Shown here one piece after another: positions 46,409 through 57,101 of a stretch of DNA of 64,000 bases. The first letter of the stretch is position 1. Each line of letters begins with the position of its first letter. The DNA comes from Patescibacteria group bacterium UBA4787. Its GTDB lineage: Bacteria > Patescibacteriota > Patescibacteriia > UBA2591 > UBA4787. The notes under the pieces are model-generated. The model did no database searches. It was not told the origin of the DNA and saw only the letters and a program-made list of their open reading frames with translations. Position numbers and translations under genes: made by a program. The stretch covers positions 151,073-215,072 of the forward strand of contig DHGX01000001.1 in assembly GCA_002402995.1 (NCBI GenBank), given 5' to 3'.

Positions 46409-48436
46409 ATGTGCGGGATTTTCGGTGTTATCACAAATAAAAATTCAAGTATTTCTTCCGATAATTGCGAAAAGATCATCGGTAGGTTATTTGAATTATC
46501 GGAATCTCGTGGGAAAGAAGCTTCCGGGATCGCAGCTTTCTTAGACAATGAAATCAGGATTTATAAAGAACCGCTTTCCGCTTCGGTGCTAATGCAAACC
46601 AAAAATTATAAAAATTTATTTAATAAAAATAGAATAGATTCTCTTAGTAATAAAGATAAAAGCTTTATTGCTATCGGTCATACACGCCTGGTAACCAACG
46701 GAGTATTGGGTGTTAATGACAATAATCAACCGATTGTTAAAGACGGTTTAGTGGGCGTGCACAACGGTATTATCGTTAACGACGTGGATCTTTGGAAAAA
46801 GTTTCCCTCACTGAAAAGGCGTTATGAAGTTGACACAGAAGTCATTTTAACGCTTATTAGAAAATTCTTAAATGAAGGAATGTCTTTAATTGGGGCGGTA
46901 CAAGAAGCATTTGATTTGATCGACGGCTCTGCTTCAGTGGCTGTTTTATTCAATGATCGCCCAATCATTCTTTTGGCTACTAATACTGGATCTTTGTATG
47001 TTTATCGCAATTCAATAAAAAATATTATCATTTTTGCTTCCGAAAAATATATTTTAAAAAAGCTAATCAGTAAATTCGAAAATTTTTTAAGCGACGGGGA
47101 TCTTTTCCAGGTACATGCCGGAGAGGGCTACTTAATTGATAAAACAGATCTGAAGACAGCCAAATTTTTATTGGCTGGCGATATTTCCGAGAAAGAGAGA
47201 ATAGAAGAAGGTAATATTTTAATAAACCCCAATAACATTATTGATCTGTCATCTTATGAACTTTCTGTCCCAGATGTTCCGGAAATTCAAAATAATTTAA
47301 ATATTATTAAAACATATTCTAATCTTTTTCCTCGCTACGAACAGGCCATTAATGGATTAAGACGCTGCACAAAATGTATTCTTCCGGAGACTTTTCCTTT
47401 TATTAGCTTTGATGAAAAAGGGGTTTGTAATTACTGCCATTCTTACAAAAAGAATGAGCTAAAAGGAGAAGATACATTTCATCAGATAGCTAAACATTAT
47501 AGAAGAAAAAACGACGAACCGGATTGTTTGGTGCCATTTAGCGGCGGACGCGATAGTAGTTACGGACTGCATTATATTAAGAAGGTTTTGAAAATGAATC
47601 CCGTGTCTTATTCTTATGACTGGGGAATGATTACGGACGTTGGAAGAAGGAATCAGGCGAGAATGTGCGCTGAGCTGGGGATTGAGCATATTTTGGTTTC
47701 TGCCGATATCCGCCGAAAAAGAGAAAATATTAGGAAAAATGTAATCGCCTGGCTTAAGCGCCCAGCCTTGGGTATGATTCCTTTATTTATGGCCGGCGAT
47801 AAGCAATATTTCTATTATGCCAATCAGATTAAAAAACAAATGGGTCTTGAGCTTATAATTATGTGCGAAAACGCGCTTGAAAGGACTAATTTTAAGCATG
47901 GGTTTTGCGGCGTCAGACATGCTCGTTCAGACGTTTCCCAATACTTTATGTCATTGTCTGATAAATTAAAATTGGCCGAATATTATGCCGGACAATTTTT
48001 TAAAAATCCCGCATATTTAAATTCTACGACAGTAGATGCTATTTTTGGCTTCATTTCATATTTTTTCATATCGCACAATTATTTATATCCATATCAATTT
48101 ATAAAATGGGACGAAAAAGAAATAATATCTACCCTTGTTGATAATTATGGATGGGAATTCGCGCCGGATAAAAAAATTAGTTGGCGCAACGATGATGGCA
48201 CGGCCCCTTTTTATAATTATATTTATTACAAGGTGGCTGGATTTACGGAAAATGACACCTTTCGCAGTAATCAGATAAGAGAAGAGATGATCTCTCGAGA
48301 AGAGGCATTGGTATTGGCGCGAGACGAAAATCAGCCGCGCCTTGAAGCGATTAAATGGTATTGCGATACGATTGGACTTAATTTCGAGGAAGTTTTAAAG
48401 ATAATAAATTCTATTCCTAATCTTTATAGGTTCTAA
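46409..48436 (+). CDS. class II glutamine amidotransferase fused to WbuX/WbpG-like N-acetyl sugar amidotransferase
   Basis: MCGIFG (Cys1), GHTR, HNGII, DTE; then CTKCILP..CNYC and PP-loop SGGRDS. Confidence 0.85.
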   Translation: MCGIFGVITNKNSSISSDNCEKIIGRLFELSESRGKEASGIAAFLDNEIRIYKEPLSASVLMQTKNYKNLFNKNRIDSLSNKDKSFIAIGHTRLVTNGVLGVNDNNQPIVKDGLVGVHNGIIVNDVDLWKKFPSLKRRYEVDTEVILTLIRKFLNEGMSLIGAVQEAFDLIDGSASVAVLFNDRPIILLATNTGSLYVYRNSIKNIIIFASEKYILKKLISKFENFLSDGDLFQVHAGEGYLIDKTDLKTAKFLLAGDISEKERIEEGNILINPNNIIDLSSYELSVPDVPEIQNNLNIIKTYSNLFPRYEQAINGLRRCTKCILPETFPFISFDEKGVCNYCHSYKKNELKGEDTFHQIAKHYRRKNDEPDCLVPFSGGRDSSYGLHYIKKVLKMNPVSYSYDWGMITDVGRRNQARMCAELGIEHILVSADIRRKRENIRKNVIAWLKRPALGMIPLFMAGDKQYFYYANQIKKQMGLELIIMCENALERTNFKHGFCGVRHARSDVSQYFMSLSDKLKLAEYYAGQFFKNPAYLNSTTVDAIFGFISYFFISHNYLYPYQFIKWDEKEIISTLVDNYGWEFAPDKKISWRNDDGTAPFYNYIYYKVAGFTENDTFRSNQIREEMISREEALVLARDENQPRLEAIKWYCDTIGLNFEEVLKIINSIPNLYRF

Positions 48437-48448
48437 ACAGTTATTTAT

Positions 48449-48991
48449 ATGCAAAAACAAGAAGAAAAAAAATTAGATTCCATTGGTCGTTTACTTGAAA
48501 AAAATAGAATTAAAAATGTTTTGCCTTTTATTAAAGGAAGATTATTGGATATTGGGTGTGGAATGAATAATTTAGTAAGAATTTACGGCAATGGCGTGGG
48601 AGTCGATGTCTTTGATTGGGGGAGAGCTGATTTGGTGGTTTCTGATACGTCTAAGCTTCCTTTTAAAGATAACGAATTTGATACAATAACATTACTTGCC
48701 GCTATTAATCATATTCCCAATCGAATAGAGGTTCTGAAAGAATGTCGTCGTGTTCTAAAAAACGACGGCTTATTGGTTATAACGACGATCCCACCTTTTG
48801 TTTCAAGGTTCTGGCATTTTTTACGATCGCCATGGGATCTAGATCAAAAAGAAAGAGGGATGGCAGAAGGAGAAGTTTATGGATTTAACAAAAAAGATTT
48901 AATCAATTTGGTGCAAAACGAAGGATTCAGGCTGGTCGGTTATAAGAGGTTTACGATTGTTAACTCAATATCTATCTTTAAGAAATTTTAA
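48449..48991 (+). CDS. class I SAM-dependent methyltransferase
   Basis: LLDIGCG, LPFKDNEFDTI, ECRRVLK. Confidence 0.88.
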   Translation: MQKQEEKKLDSIGRLLEKNRIKNVLPFIKGRLLDIGCGMNNLVRIYGNGVGVDVFDWGRADLVVSDTSKLPFKDNEFDTITLLAAINHIPNRIEVLKECRRVLKNDGLLVITTIPPFVSRFWHFLRSPWDLDQKERGMAEGEVYGFNKKDLINLVQNEGFRLVGYKRFTIVNSISIFKKF

Positions 48992-49183
48992 TAATTTATT
49001 CCAATAATTATCTGTTTGCGTCGAGAATTGATATGGGCCTAAAGCCTGGCTACCTGCGAGCAATTTGTTCAAGTAAATTATTTTTTATTTAACAAGTTGT
49101 CAAATTAAAAACCCTAATCTGCCAGAATAATCTGGACTTAATTGGTATTATGTGTATAATTTATAAAAGTTAAAAAAGAAATT

Positions 49184-50131
49184 ATGTTCAAAGATAATAA
49201 AATCTCAGTCGTTATACCCGCTTATAATGTAGAAAAATTAATCGGCAGAGTTATTTTAACTATGCCGAATTTTATAGACAAGATGGTGGTGGTTGATGAT
49301 AACAGCACTGATAAAACTAATGAAGTGGTTCAAGGTCTTCAAGGAAACAACAAAAAAATTATTTTAATTAAACACGACAAAAATCAGGGTGTCGGTGGTG
49401 CTATTGCCACGGGTTATAAATGGTCGCGGGATAATGATTTCGATGTCGCCATAGTTATGGCTGGTGATGCTCAAATGGATCCAGATGACCTCCCGCGATT
49501 ATTAGAACCGGTCGTCGGTGGGGAGGTGGAGTACAGCAAAGGCAATCGTCTATCTACAGGAGAAGCTTTTAAAAAAATACCCAGAATTAAATACTTTGGC
49601 AATTCTATCCTTTCGTTTTTGACCAAAATCGCTTCGGGTTATTGGCACGTTACTGATTCCCAGAGTGGTTATACTGCTATTAACAAAAAGGCGTTGAAGA
49701 CCATCGATTGGGCGGAAATGTATAAGCGATATGGTCAACCCAACGACCTACTGGTCAGATTAAATGTTTATAATTTTAAAGTCAGAGATGTGGCTATTAA
49801 CCCGATTTATAATATTGGAGAAAAGTCGGGTATCAAGTTGCGAAGAGAAATTTTTACCATTAGCTGGCTTTTGCTCAAATTATTTATTTGGCGTCTTAGG
49901 GAAAAATATATTATTCGTGATTTTCATCCTTTAGTATTTTTCTACTTTTTGAGCGGTTTATTATCATGCGCGACCGTATTTTTCGTAGTAAGATTGGCTT
50001 GCTTGTGGATTAAAAACGGATATGTTCCGCCGACTACCGCTCTTGTTCTGGTTTTTTGTGCTGTGATGGCCATGCAATCCGGATTTTTTGCTATGTGGTT
50101 TGACATGGAATCAAATAAAAATTTGAAATGA
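49184..50131 (+). CDS. GT2 glycosyltransferase with C-terminal TMs
   Basis: VVIPAYN, VDDNSTD, GDAQMDP, KGNR, DSQSGY. Confidence 0.9.
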   Translation: MFKDNKISVVIPAYNVEKLIGRVILTMPNFIDKMVVVDDNSTDKTNEVVQGLQGNNKKIILIKHDKNQGVGGAIATGYKWSRDNDFDVAIVMAGDAQMDPDDLPRLLEPVVGGEVEYSKGNRLSTGEAFKKIPRIKYFGNSILSFLTKIASGYWHVTDSQSGYTAINKKALKTIDWAEMYKRYGQPNDLLVRLNVYNFKVRDVAINPIYNIGEKSGIKLRREIFTISWLLLKLFIWRLREKYIIRDFHPLVFFYFLSGLLSCATVFFVVRLACLWIKNGYVPPTTALVLVFCAVMAMQSGFFAMWFDMESNKNLK

Positions 50132-50916
50132 TAGGTTTCGCCCTGCAAACATATACACACTATTTAAGAGCCATAAAGTCTAGTTATCAAAATATATTTA
50201 GGTTTGACGAGTATTTTTTATTAGAGGAAAAACCAGAAAATTTTTGTTTAATCAGGCACGATATTGACAGAAATCCTCGAAATGCCCTTCTAATGGCTGA
50301 GGTCGAAAATAAATTTGGCATTCAGGCTAGTTATTATTTCAGAACCAAACGAATATCTTTTAAGCCCGATATTATTACAAAGATATCAGCTCTAGGCCAT
50401 GAAATAGGTTATCACTATGAATCATTCTCGGATATGGATGGCAATTCAGTTGCGGCATTATTGGATTTCGGGAATAATTTAAAAAAGATTAGAAGGATTG
50501 CACCTGTTAAGACGATATCAATGCACGGTCGGCCATTAAGCCGATTTGATAATCGCGATCTATGGCGTGATTCATTAAATCACTCTTTATTAAAAGACAA
50601 ATTCAACATTTTGGGAGAAATTTATTTAGATATCGATTATACAGACATTGCCTATATTAATGATACTGGAAGAAACTGGTATTCCGACAAATCAAACTTG
50701 AGAGATCGTGTTGATTCTAAAATTAAGATTAATTTCAAAAATAATAATGAATTGTTGGAGTATTTGAGGAACAAGCCACATTCAAAATTAGTTTTTCAAA
50801 TACATCCCGAAAGGTGGAGCAACAACTTAATTGACTGGGTCTATCGGTTTATTGTTGATAATATAGTTCGTTGTCTTAAGGATGTTGTTCGCATTCTGAA
50901 TCAAGGACAAAAATAA
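50128..50916 (+). CDS. polysaccharide deacetylase-like protein
   Basis: RHDID, ASYYFR, GHEIGYHYE, SMHG, HPERW. Confidence 0.75.
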   Translation: MIGFALQTYTHYLRAIKSSYQNIFRFDEYFLLEEKPENFCLIRHDIDRNPRNALLMAEVENKFGIQASYYFRTKRISFKPDIITKISALGHEIGYHYESFSDMDGNSVAALLDFGNNLKKIRRIAPVKTISMHGRPLSRFDNRDLWRDSLNHSLLKDKFNILGEIYLDIDYTDIAYINDTGRNWYSDKSNLRDRVDSKIKINFKNNNELLEYLRNKPHSKLVFQIHPERWSNNLIDWVYRFIVDNIVRCLKDVVRILNQGQK

Positions 50917-50927
50917 TTTAATTAAAA

Positions 50928-51968
50928 ATGATTGTCAAGTTTTTAGAAAATATCACTCCAAATATCTATAAAGCTATAAAAGGTTTAGAAGGAGTTACAA
51001 TATACCACACAAAAGAATGGCATAATTTTTTGCATAGAACTTTCAATTGGTCGACAAAAGCCATTATTGGTTTAGCGGAAAACGGTGAACTAATTTTCTT
51101 TTTACCTTTTATCTCTAAATGTAGAACAGATTTTAAAAAACATAATATTTCTCTTCCTTTGAGCCACAAGGTCGGTCTAGCGGTTAGAAAAGATTATTTT
51201 CCGAATATAGATTGCATCATCTCGGAAATCAAAAAAATTTTAAATGATATCGAAATACATATAGAAATAAATAGCCCCGACATGGAAATCATTTATTTAT
51301 ACGACGAAACGATACTTGATTTGACCAAATACAAAAATATAGACGAATTATATAGAAATTTGGACTACACGAGCATTCGTTATAGAATTAATAGGGCGAA
51401 AAAAAATAATATAATAATTTCTAATGAATTATCCGAAGAAAATTTTGAGTATTTTTATCGACTAGAGGTTGAAACTAGGATAAGACAAGGAAGTCCAATT
51501 TATCCTAGGAGCTTTTTTAAAAATCTATTATCGTGCCTGAAAGATACTGGATGGTTGTCTATATATATAGCATTTTATAATCGAAAGCCCATATCAGGTT
51601 CCATATTTTTGCATTTTCAAAATCACTCAATTTATGCCTATTCGGCGTCAGTGACAAAAAAAGAAATTAAAAAAATAGGAGCAAATGAATTAATTTTATG
51701 GTCAGGAATTTTAGAGTCTTATTCATTGGGGAAGCAATATTTTGATTTTGGCACGTCTTCTATAGCCCTTCCCAAGTTAAGATTATTTAAGGAAAAATGG
51801 GGCGGAAAGAGTAGGCCGCTTTTATATTCTTATTATACAAAAGGACGCCAGCCTAAGATAATAAGTAGAAGTAGTATAGGCACGAAAATAGCCTCTGTAT
51901 TATTAAAATGGATGCCAAAATCTATTTTTAAAGTCATAGGTCCGTGTTTGTTAAAATTAATAGTGTGA
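50928..51968 (+). CDS. GNAT/FemAB-like acyltransferase
   Basis: TIYHTKEW, RYRINRAKK, ANELILW, FDFGTS, FKEKWG. Confidence 0.82.
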   Translation: MIVKFLENITPNIYKAIKGLEGVTIYHTKEWHNFLHRTFNWSTKAIIGLAENGELIFFLPFISKCRTDFKKHNISLPLSHKVGLAVRKDYFPNIDCIISEIKKILNDIEIHIEINSPDMEIIYLYDETILDLTKYKNIDELYRNLDYTSIRYRINRAKKNNIIISNELSEENFEYFYRLEVETRIRQGSPIYPRSFFKNLLSCLKDTGWLSIYIAFYNRKPISGSIFLHFQNHSIYAYSASVTKKEIKKIGANELILWSGILESYSLGKQYFDFGTSSIALPKLRLFKEKWGGKSRPLLYSYYTKGRQPKIISRSSIGTKIASVLLKWMPKSIFKVIGPCLLKLIV

Positions 51969-51994
51969 TTTTTAAAAATCTAAAAGAGGAGATA

Positions 51995-52747
51995 ATGAAC
52001 GAACAAGGCAAACAACAAAAAGCTTTTGACAAATCTATAGGAGCGTATGAATATAAAATGAATTATACTTTTACGGGTATGATCCATCATATTATTAAGG
52101 AAGAAAGTATTAAATTGCTTGATCCACGAGCCGGAGAAAAAATATTAGATATTGGATGCGGATGTGGCGAAATAGCCATAATGGCGGCTGAAAAAGGCGC
52201 AATTGTAAGGGCTTTTGATATTTCTAACGAAAGAATCGCTTTAGCAAAAAAAAGAGCAGAAAACAAGGATTTGGACGTTTCGTTTTATGTTGGCGACTCT
52301 CAAAAAATAAATGAAGAAGAATCTTCTTTTGACAAAGTAATGTGTATCAATGTTGTACACCGTCTTTCTGATCCCGCAAAATGTTTATCAGGCATTTTTA
52401 AAAGTTTGAAGAAGGACGGTTTATTGATTATATTCACAATGAATAATTATTCCCCGCAATTTTTCTTGGTTAAATTTTATTCTAAGATAAGAGATATGAT
52501 TAAAAAACCGCTTTCAGATATAGTCGCGAAAAAGGGGTTTACCTCTTCTCAAATTAGAAATTTACTAGAGAAAAATGGTTTTCGAGTTATTTCTTTAACC
52601 ACAGATATTTTTTGTTTCCCATATTTTCCGACATATTGCCCAAAAATTGTTAATTGGTTTTTAAAAAAGATGGATTGTCTCTTCAAAAAAACACCTCTTG
52701 TTAACAAATTAGGCGCTTTAATAAAAATTGAGGTAATCAAAAAATAA
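51995..52747 (+). CDS. class I SAM-dependent methyltransferase
   Basis: ATG at 51995 after GAGGAG; ILDIGCGCG, FDKVMC. Confidence 0.88.
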   Translation: MNEQGKQQKAFDKSIGAYEYKMNYTFTGMIHHIIKEESIKLLDPRAGEKILDIGCGCGEIAIMAAEKGAIVRAFDISNERIALAKKRAENKDLDVSFYVGDSQKINEEESSFDKVMCINVVHRLSDPAKCLSGIFKSLKKDGLLIIFTMNNYSPQFFLVKFYSKIRDMIKKPLSDIVAKKGFTSSQIRNLLEKNGFRVISLTTDIFCFPYFPTYCPKIVNWFLKKMDCLFKKTPLVNKLGALIKIEVIKK

Positions 52748-52751
52748 AAAA

Positions 52752-54188
52752 ATGACTAAAATCCTTATCATAGGTCTTACTGCTGGCCCGGCAGGTTTGA
52801 TGGAGCGACAAGCAGGGAATATGGCCATATTTATCTCTACACTTAAGATATTAAAAGATGTAATTCCTGATGTGCAAATTTCAACTAGTTTACAATTGTC
52901 AGAGGATTTTTGTAATCGTTACGGGCTCGTAAGTTTAAAGCACAGATCGTTTTATGAACCGAATTTTCGTTCCGGTTTAATATCGTTATTGGATTATATG
53001 CGAAGTGGCTTATGGTATTTTTTCAAAAAGAAAATTAAACTAGATGTTAAATTTTTAATAAAAGGAGTCAGACTGAAGGAGCTTATAAGATCGGATATGA
53101 TTATTGATTTTAGCGGAGACATGTATGGAGATAATGGCCACCCTCTCCATCTATTAAAGCATTCGTTAGACATGTTAACAGCCAGACTATTAGAAAAGCC
53201 TGTTTTTATGTTTGCCCAGTCGCCGGGACCATTTACAAAAAAGCTCAGACTATTTTTCGCAAAATATGTTTTAAATAAAGTATCTTTGATTACTACCAGG
53301 GAGCCGTGGAGTTATGAGATTCTAAAGCGCAGCGGTATTAATAAGGCGCTAATTATTAAAACCGCCTGTCCTGCATTCTTGTTACCGTCCTCATCCAAAG
53401 AAAAAATAGAAAAAATCCTCAAAGAAGAAAGTATTAAGGTAAATTTTCCGCTAGTCGGAATAAATATATGTGGATGGAATTTTATTCATGACAGATACAA
53501 AGAGCACAGAGAAGATAAAGAATTGATGCCCTTAGTTGTCGTTATTAAATATTTGTTGGAAAAATTAAAAATAAACGTACTTTTAATCCCCCATGTTTTT
53601 CGCACAGATAAATCTGGAAAATTAATTCACGGACCAGACACAAAAATAATAGAACAACTTTATCGAATATTAGATAATGATAGGAGTAGATACGGAGATA
53701 GACTTAAAATATTAAAGGGAATTTATGAGTCATCCGAGATAAAAGGAATAATAGGACGGTGTAATTTATTTATTAGCGGAAGGATACATGCTGGTGTTGC
53801 CGCATTATCACAAAATATTCCAACCATATTATTGGCTTATGCTTATAAGCATTATGGATTTGCCAGATTGGTTGGCCAAGAAAGATATGTTTCTAATAAT
53901 TTTGGCGGGAAAATAAACGCCCAAGACGTTATTTCTAAAATAGAAGATGTTTGGAATAATAAAGAAAAAATATCTTTAGAAATAAAAAACAAGATGCCGA
54001 GAGTAAGACAACTTGTTTTACTTAATGCCACCATCACCAAAGAAATAATAGATTTAATTAAAAGGGGCGAGAAAAGTATACCCTCCGAAACAATAAATTC
54101 ATGGCTTGAGAGAGGAGATCAAGAAGGTGTCGGTTCATATTTTGACGAAACAATAAAGAGGATAGATGAAATCCCCGAACTTTATTAA
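52752..54188 (+). CDS. polysaccharide pyruvyl transferase (WcaK-like)
   Basis: GNMAI, FSGDMYGD, AQSPGPF, TREPWS, SGRIHA, AYAYKHYG. Confidence 0.85.
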   Translation: MTKILIIGLTAGPAGLMERQAGNMAIFISTLKILKDVIPDVQISTSLQLSEDFCNRYGLVSLKHRSFYEPNFRSGLISLLDYMRSGLWYFFKKKIKLDVKFLIKGVRLKELIRSDMIIDFSGDMYGDNGHPLHLLKHSLDMLTARLLEKPVFMFAQSPGPFTKKLRLFFAKYVLNKVSLITTREPWSYEILKRSGINKALIIKTACPAFLLPSSSKEKIEKILKEESIKVNFPLVGINICGWNFIHDRYKEHREDKELMPLVVVIKYLLEKLKINVLLIPHVFRTDKSGKLIHGPDTKIIEQLYRILDNDRSRYGDRLKILKGIYESSEIKGIIGRCNLFISGRIHAGVAALSQNIPTILLAYAYKHYGFARLVGQERYVSNNFGGKINAQDVISKIEDVWNNKEKISLEIKNKMPRVRQLVLLNATITKEIIDLIKRGEKSIPSETINSWLERGDQEGVGSYFDETIKRIDEIPELY

Positions 54189-54216
54189 TATTTAGTTCAT
54201 AACAAAGTAAAATATT

Positions 54217-55305
54217 ATGAAAATTTGTAGTAAATGTATCTTGCCAGAGTCTTTTCCCATGATTAGGTTTGATAAGAATGGAGTTTGTAATTATTGCCTC
54301 GATTATAAAAAAATTATTGTTAAGGGGGGGGACGAATTAGAAAAGATTTTAAATAAATTTCGAAATCAAGGCTGTGATTTTGACTGTGTTGTTGGATCTG
54401 GCGGAGGCAGAGATAGCGCATATGTGATACACCAATTAGTAAAAAAATATAAAATGCGAGTTTTGATGTTCACTTATGATTGGGGATTAATGACACCAGA
54501 AGCACATAGAAATCTGGAGCGAATTTCTAAAATTTTAAATATAAAACACGTTATCATCAGACCTAACGCCGAAAAGATAAAAAAACACATATCTATTAAT
54601 ATAAAAGTGTGGCTTAGGAGGCCGCAGCTTGGTATGATACCCGTTTTTACAATGGCTGATAAAGCGATGGGGGTTCAGATGAATAAAGTTGCTAGAAAAT
54701 ACGGAATTAAATTAATAGTGAGCGGAACTAATCGTTATGAAACAACGCATTTCAAAACCGCCTTTTGTGGTATCAACGAAACAAGGCTTGGCGGAATGAC
54801 TTCGGCTCAACTCGCGAATATAGATAAAATAAAATTATTATTTTTTTATTTTTCTCAATACATTAAAAATCCAAGATATATTAACTCTTCGCTTGTCGAG
54901 ATGATAAAATCGTTTTTTTATCACTATTTCGCCAACCATTCAAAGGATATAATTAAAATATTCTTTTATGATTATATCATGTGGGACGAAAACACGGTTT
55001 TATCTATCATAAGAAAAGATTTAAATTGGGAAGCTCCCAAAGATACAACCATGACATGGCGAACCGACGATGGTACGGCAGCTTTTTATAATTATATTTG
55101 TTATATGGTGGCTGGTTTTACTGAAAACGACACATTCAGAGGCAACCAAATTCGCCAAGGAATTCTTACCAGAGAAGAGGTTTTTATATTATTAAAAGAA
55201 GAAAATAAGCCTAGATTTGAATCCATAAAATGGTATTGTGATACTATTGGTATTGATTTTGAAAGCACAATAAAAACAATAAATGAAATATCAAAATTTT
55301 ACTAA
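54217..55305 (+). CDS. stand-alone WbuX/WbpG-like N-acetyl sugar amidotransferase
   Basis: CSKCILP..CNYC, GGGRDS; colinear with the C-terminal half of 46409 (WRTDDGTA, GFTENDTFR). Confidence 0.82.
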   Translation: MKICSKCILPESFPMIRFDKNGVCNYCLDYKKIIVKGGDELEKILNKFRNQGCDFDCVVGSGGGRDSAYVIHQLVKKYKMRVLMFTYDWGLMTPEAHRNLERISKILNIKHVIIRPNAEKIKKHISINIKVWLRRPQLGMIPVFTMADKAMGVQMNKVARKYGIKLIVSGTNRYETTHFKTAFCGINETRLGGMTSAQLANIDKIKLLFFYFSQYIKNPRYINSSLVEMIKSFFYHYFANHSKDIIKIFFYDYIMWDENTVLSIIRKDLNWEAPKDTTMTWRTDDGTAAFYNYICYMVAGFTENDTFRGNQIRQGILTREEVFILLKEENKPRFESIKWYCDTIGIDFESTIKTINEISKFY

Positions 55306-55360
55306 ATTTAAAAAATATAGAATAGCGTCGGACATATCATAGCGCAAAATAAACAGGTTT

Positions 55361-55990
55361 ATGGATAAATTTAATCTAAAAAATTTAAATACCAATAGGC
55401 GCTGGGATTATCATACACAAGAATACCACAGTGGCAATCCAATAACCCAATTCCTTTTTAATTTTTTTTATAAAAAACTAGAAGAAGCCCTAATGGTGCT
55501 TAAGAGTGGCGACAAAATACTTGAAGTGGGTTGTGGAGCAGGAGAGTCTTCTTTGAGAATAAAGCGTATGCTTAAGGATCAATATTTTGAGGTATCAGAT
55601 ATAGACGAGTACTATATTAACAAATTAAAAGATAAAAATTTTTCTTTACCGGTATCTCAAGAGTCTGTTTATGATTTAAAAAGGGGCGATAACGAATTCG
55701 ACTGCATTTTATTTTTAGAAGTTTTGGAGCATCTCAAAAATCCAGAGTGCGCACTCCAAGAATTATTTAGAGTCTCCAGAAAATATGTTATTCTCTCTGT
55801 TCCCAACGAACCACTTTGGCGATTTTTAAATTTATTAAGAGGAAAATTTATCACTTCCCTGGGTAACACGCCCGCTCACGTTAATCACTGGTCGGTAAGC
55901 GAAATAAGCGATCTTGTTTCTCGGCACGGTAAGATTATTAAATTATATAAACCCATTCCGTGGATTATTATTATTGCAGAAAAGGAATAA
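55361..55990 (+). CDS. class I SAM-dependent methyltransferase
   Basis: ILEVGCGAG, LEVLEHL, SVPNEP, GNTPAHVNHW. Confidence 0.88.
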   Translation: MDKFNLKNLNTNRRWDYHTQEYHSGNPITQFLFNFFYKKLEEALMVLKSGDKILEVGCGAGESSLRIKRMLKDQYFEVSDIDEYYINKLKDKNFSLPVSQESVYDLKRGDNEFDCILFLEVLEHLKNPECALQELFRVSRKYVILSVPNEPLWRFLNLLRGKFITSLGNTPAHVNHWSVSEISDLVSRHGKIIKLYKPIPWIIIIAEKE

Positions 55991-56113
55991 AATAGATTCA
56001 TTTTAAGGGTTTTTACTCAATGAATAATTAAAAAATTTTAATAACAGTAAGATAGAAGACGTAGACTTAATCAACAAACCATATATAATCTATAAGATAT
56101 TAAAAAGATAATT

Positions 56114-57100
56114 ATGTTTAAAAATAATAAAATTTCAGTAGTGATACCAGCCTACAACGAAGAAAAGTCAATTGCTTCGGTTATTTTAACCGTGCCGAGC
56201 TTCGTTGATCATGTCCTTGTAGTAAATGATGGGTCAACCGACCAAACAACTGAAATCGCCAAAGAGAGGGGGGCTATATTAATAAATCATGTAATCAACA
56301 AGGGGGTGGGAGCGGCCTTTCGTAGTGGCGTTAGAAAATCTTTGGAATTAAATTCAGATATCATGGTGAATATGGATGCCGACGGGCAATTTAATTCAGA
56401 GGACATTACTAAGCTTATTGAACCGATAATCGAAAAACGGGCTGATTTTGTCACTGCTTCAAGATTCAAGAATCCCGATTTTTATCCGCAAATGTCAAGA
56501 ATCAAATTTATAGGCAATAGGTTGATGTCCTGGTTAATTAGTAATTTGGTTGGTCAAAAATATTATGACGTTTCCTGCGGATTTAGGGCTTATTCAAAAG
56601 AGGCGCTATTGAGACTTAATTTATTCGGTGAATTTACTTATACCCAAGAAACATTTTTAGATTTGGCTTTTAAAGGGATGTCTATTGTTGAGGTCCCGGT
56701 TTTGGTCAGAGGAACAAGAGAATATGGCCAATCTAAAGTAGCTTCTAATTTATTTAATTATACATATCAGACCTTAAAAATTATATTGAGAACCCTAAGG
56801 GATTATAGAATTTTTAAAGTTTTTTCTTTTATCTCGTCATTTTTTCTTTTGATTGGTGTAGTTTTTGGATCATTTTCTCTTATTTATTATTTACGTTTCA
56901 ACTTTTTTTCTCCGTATAAATGGGTTGCCTTTGCCGCTGGTTTTTCCATCTTATTCTCGCTTTTAACCATAATGGCCGGCTTTATAATTGATATATTTTC
57001 CCGAATTAGATATAACCAAGAGGAGACTCTCTATCAAATTAAAAAAATAATTTTTTTAAAAAATAATCAAAGAGTAGATACCCCCGATTATAAATTATAA
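56114..57100 (+). CDS. GT2 glycosyltransferase with C-terminal TMs
   Basis: VVIPAYNEE, VNDGSTD, MDADGQF, DVSCGFRAYS. Confidence 0.9.
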   Translation: MFKNNKISVVIPAYNEEKSIASVILTVPSFVDHVLVVNDGSTDQTTEIAKERGAILINHVINKGVGAAFRSGVRKSLELNSDIMVNMDADGQFNSEDITKLIEPIIEKRADFVTASRFKNPDFYPQMSRIKFIGNRLMSWLISNLVGQKYYDVSCGFRAYSKEALLRLNLFGEFTYTQETFLDLAFKGMSIVEVPVLVRGTREYGQSKVASNLFNYTYQTLKIILRTLRDYRIFKVFSFISSFFLLIGVVFGSFSLIYYLRFNFFSPYKWVAFAAGFSILFSLLTIMAGFIIDIFSRIRYNQEETLYQIKKIIFLKNNQRVDTPDYKL

Positions 57101-57101
57101 G

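Noticed and set aside
49010-49075. Slightly GC-richer patch in the glycan-cluster spacer (JUMPstart/ops candidate)
   Set aside because: No GGCGGTAG ops motif and no convincing fold or ORF.
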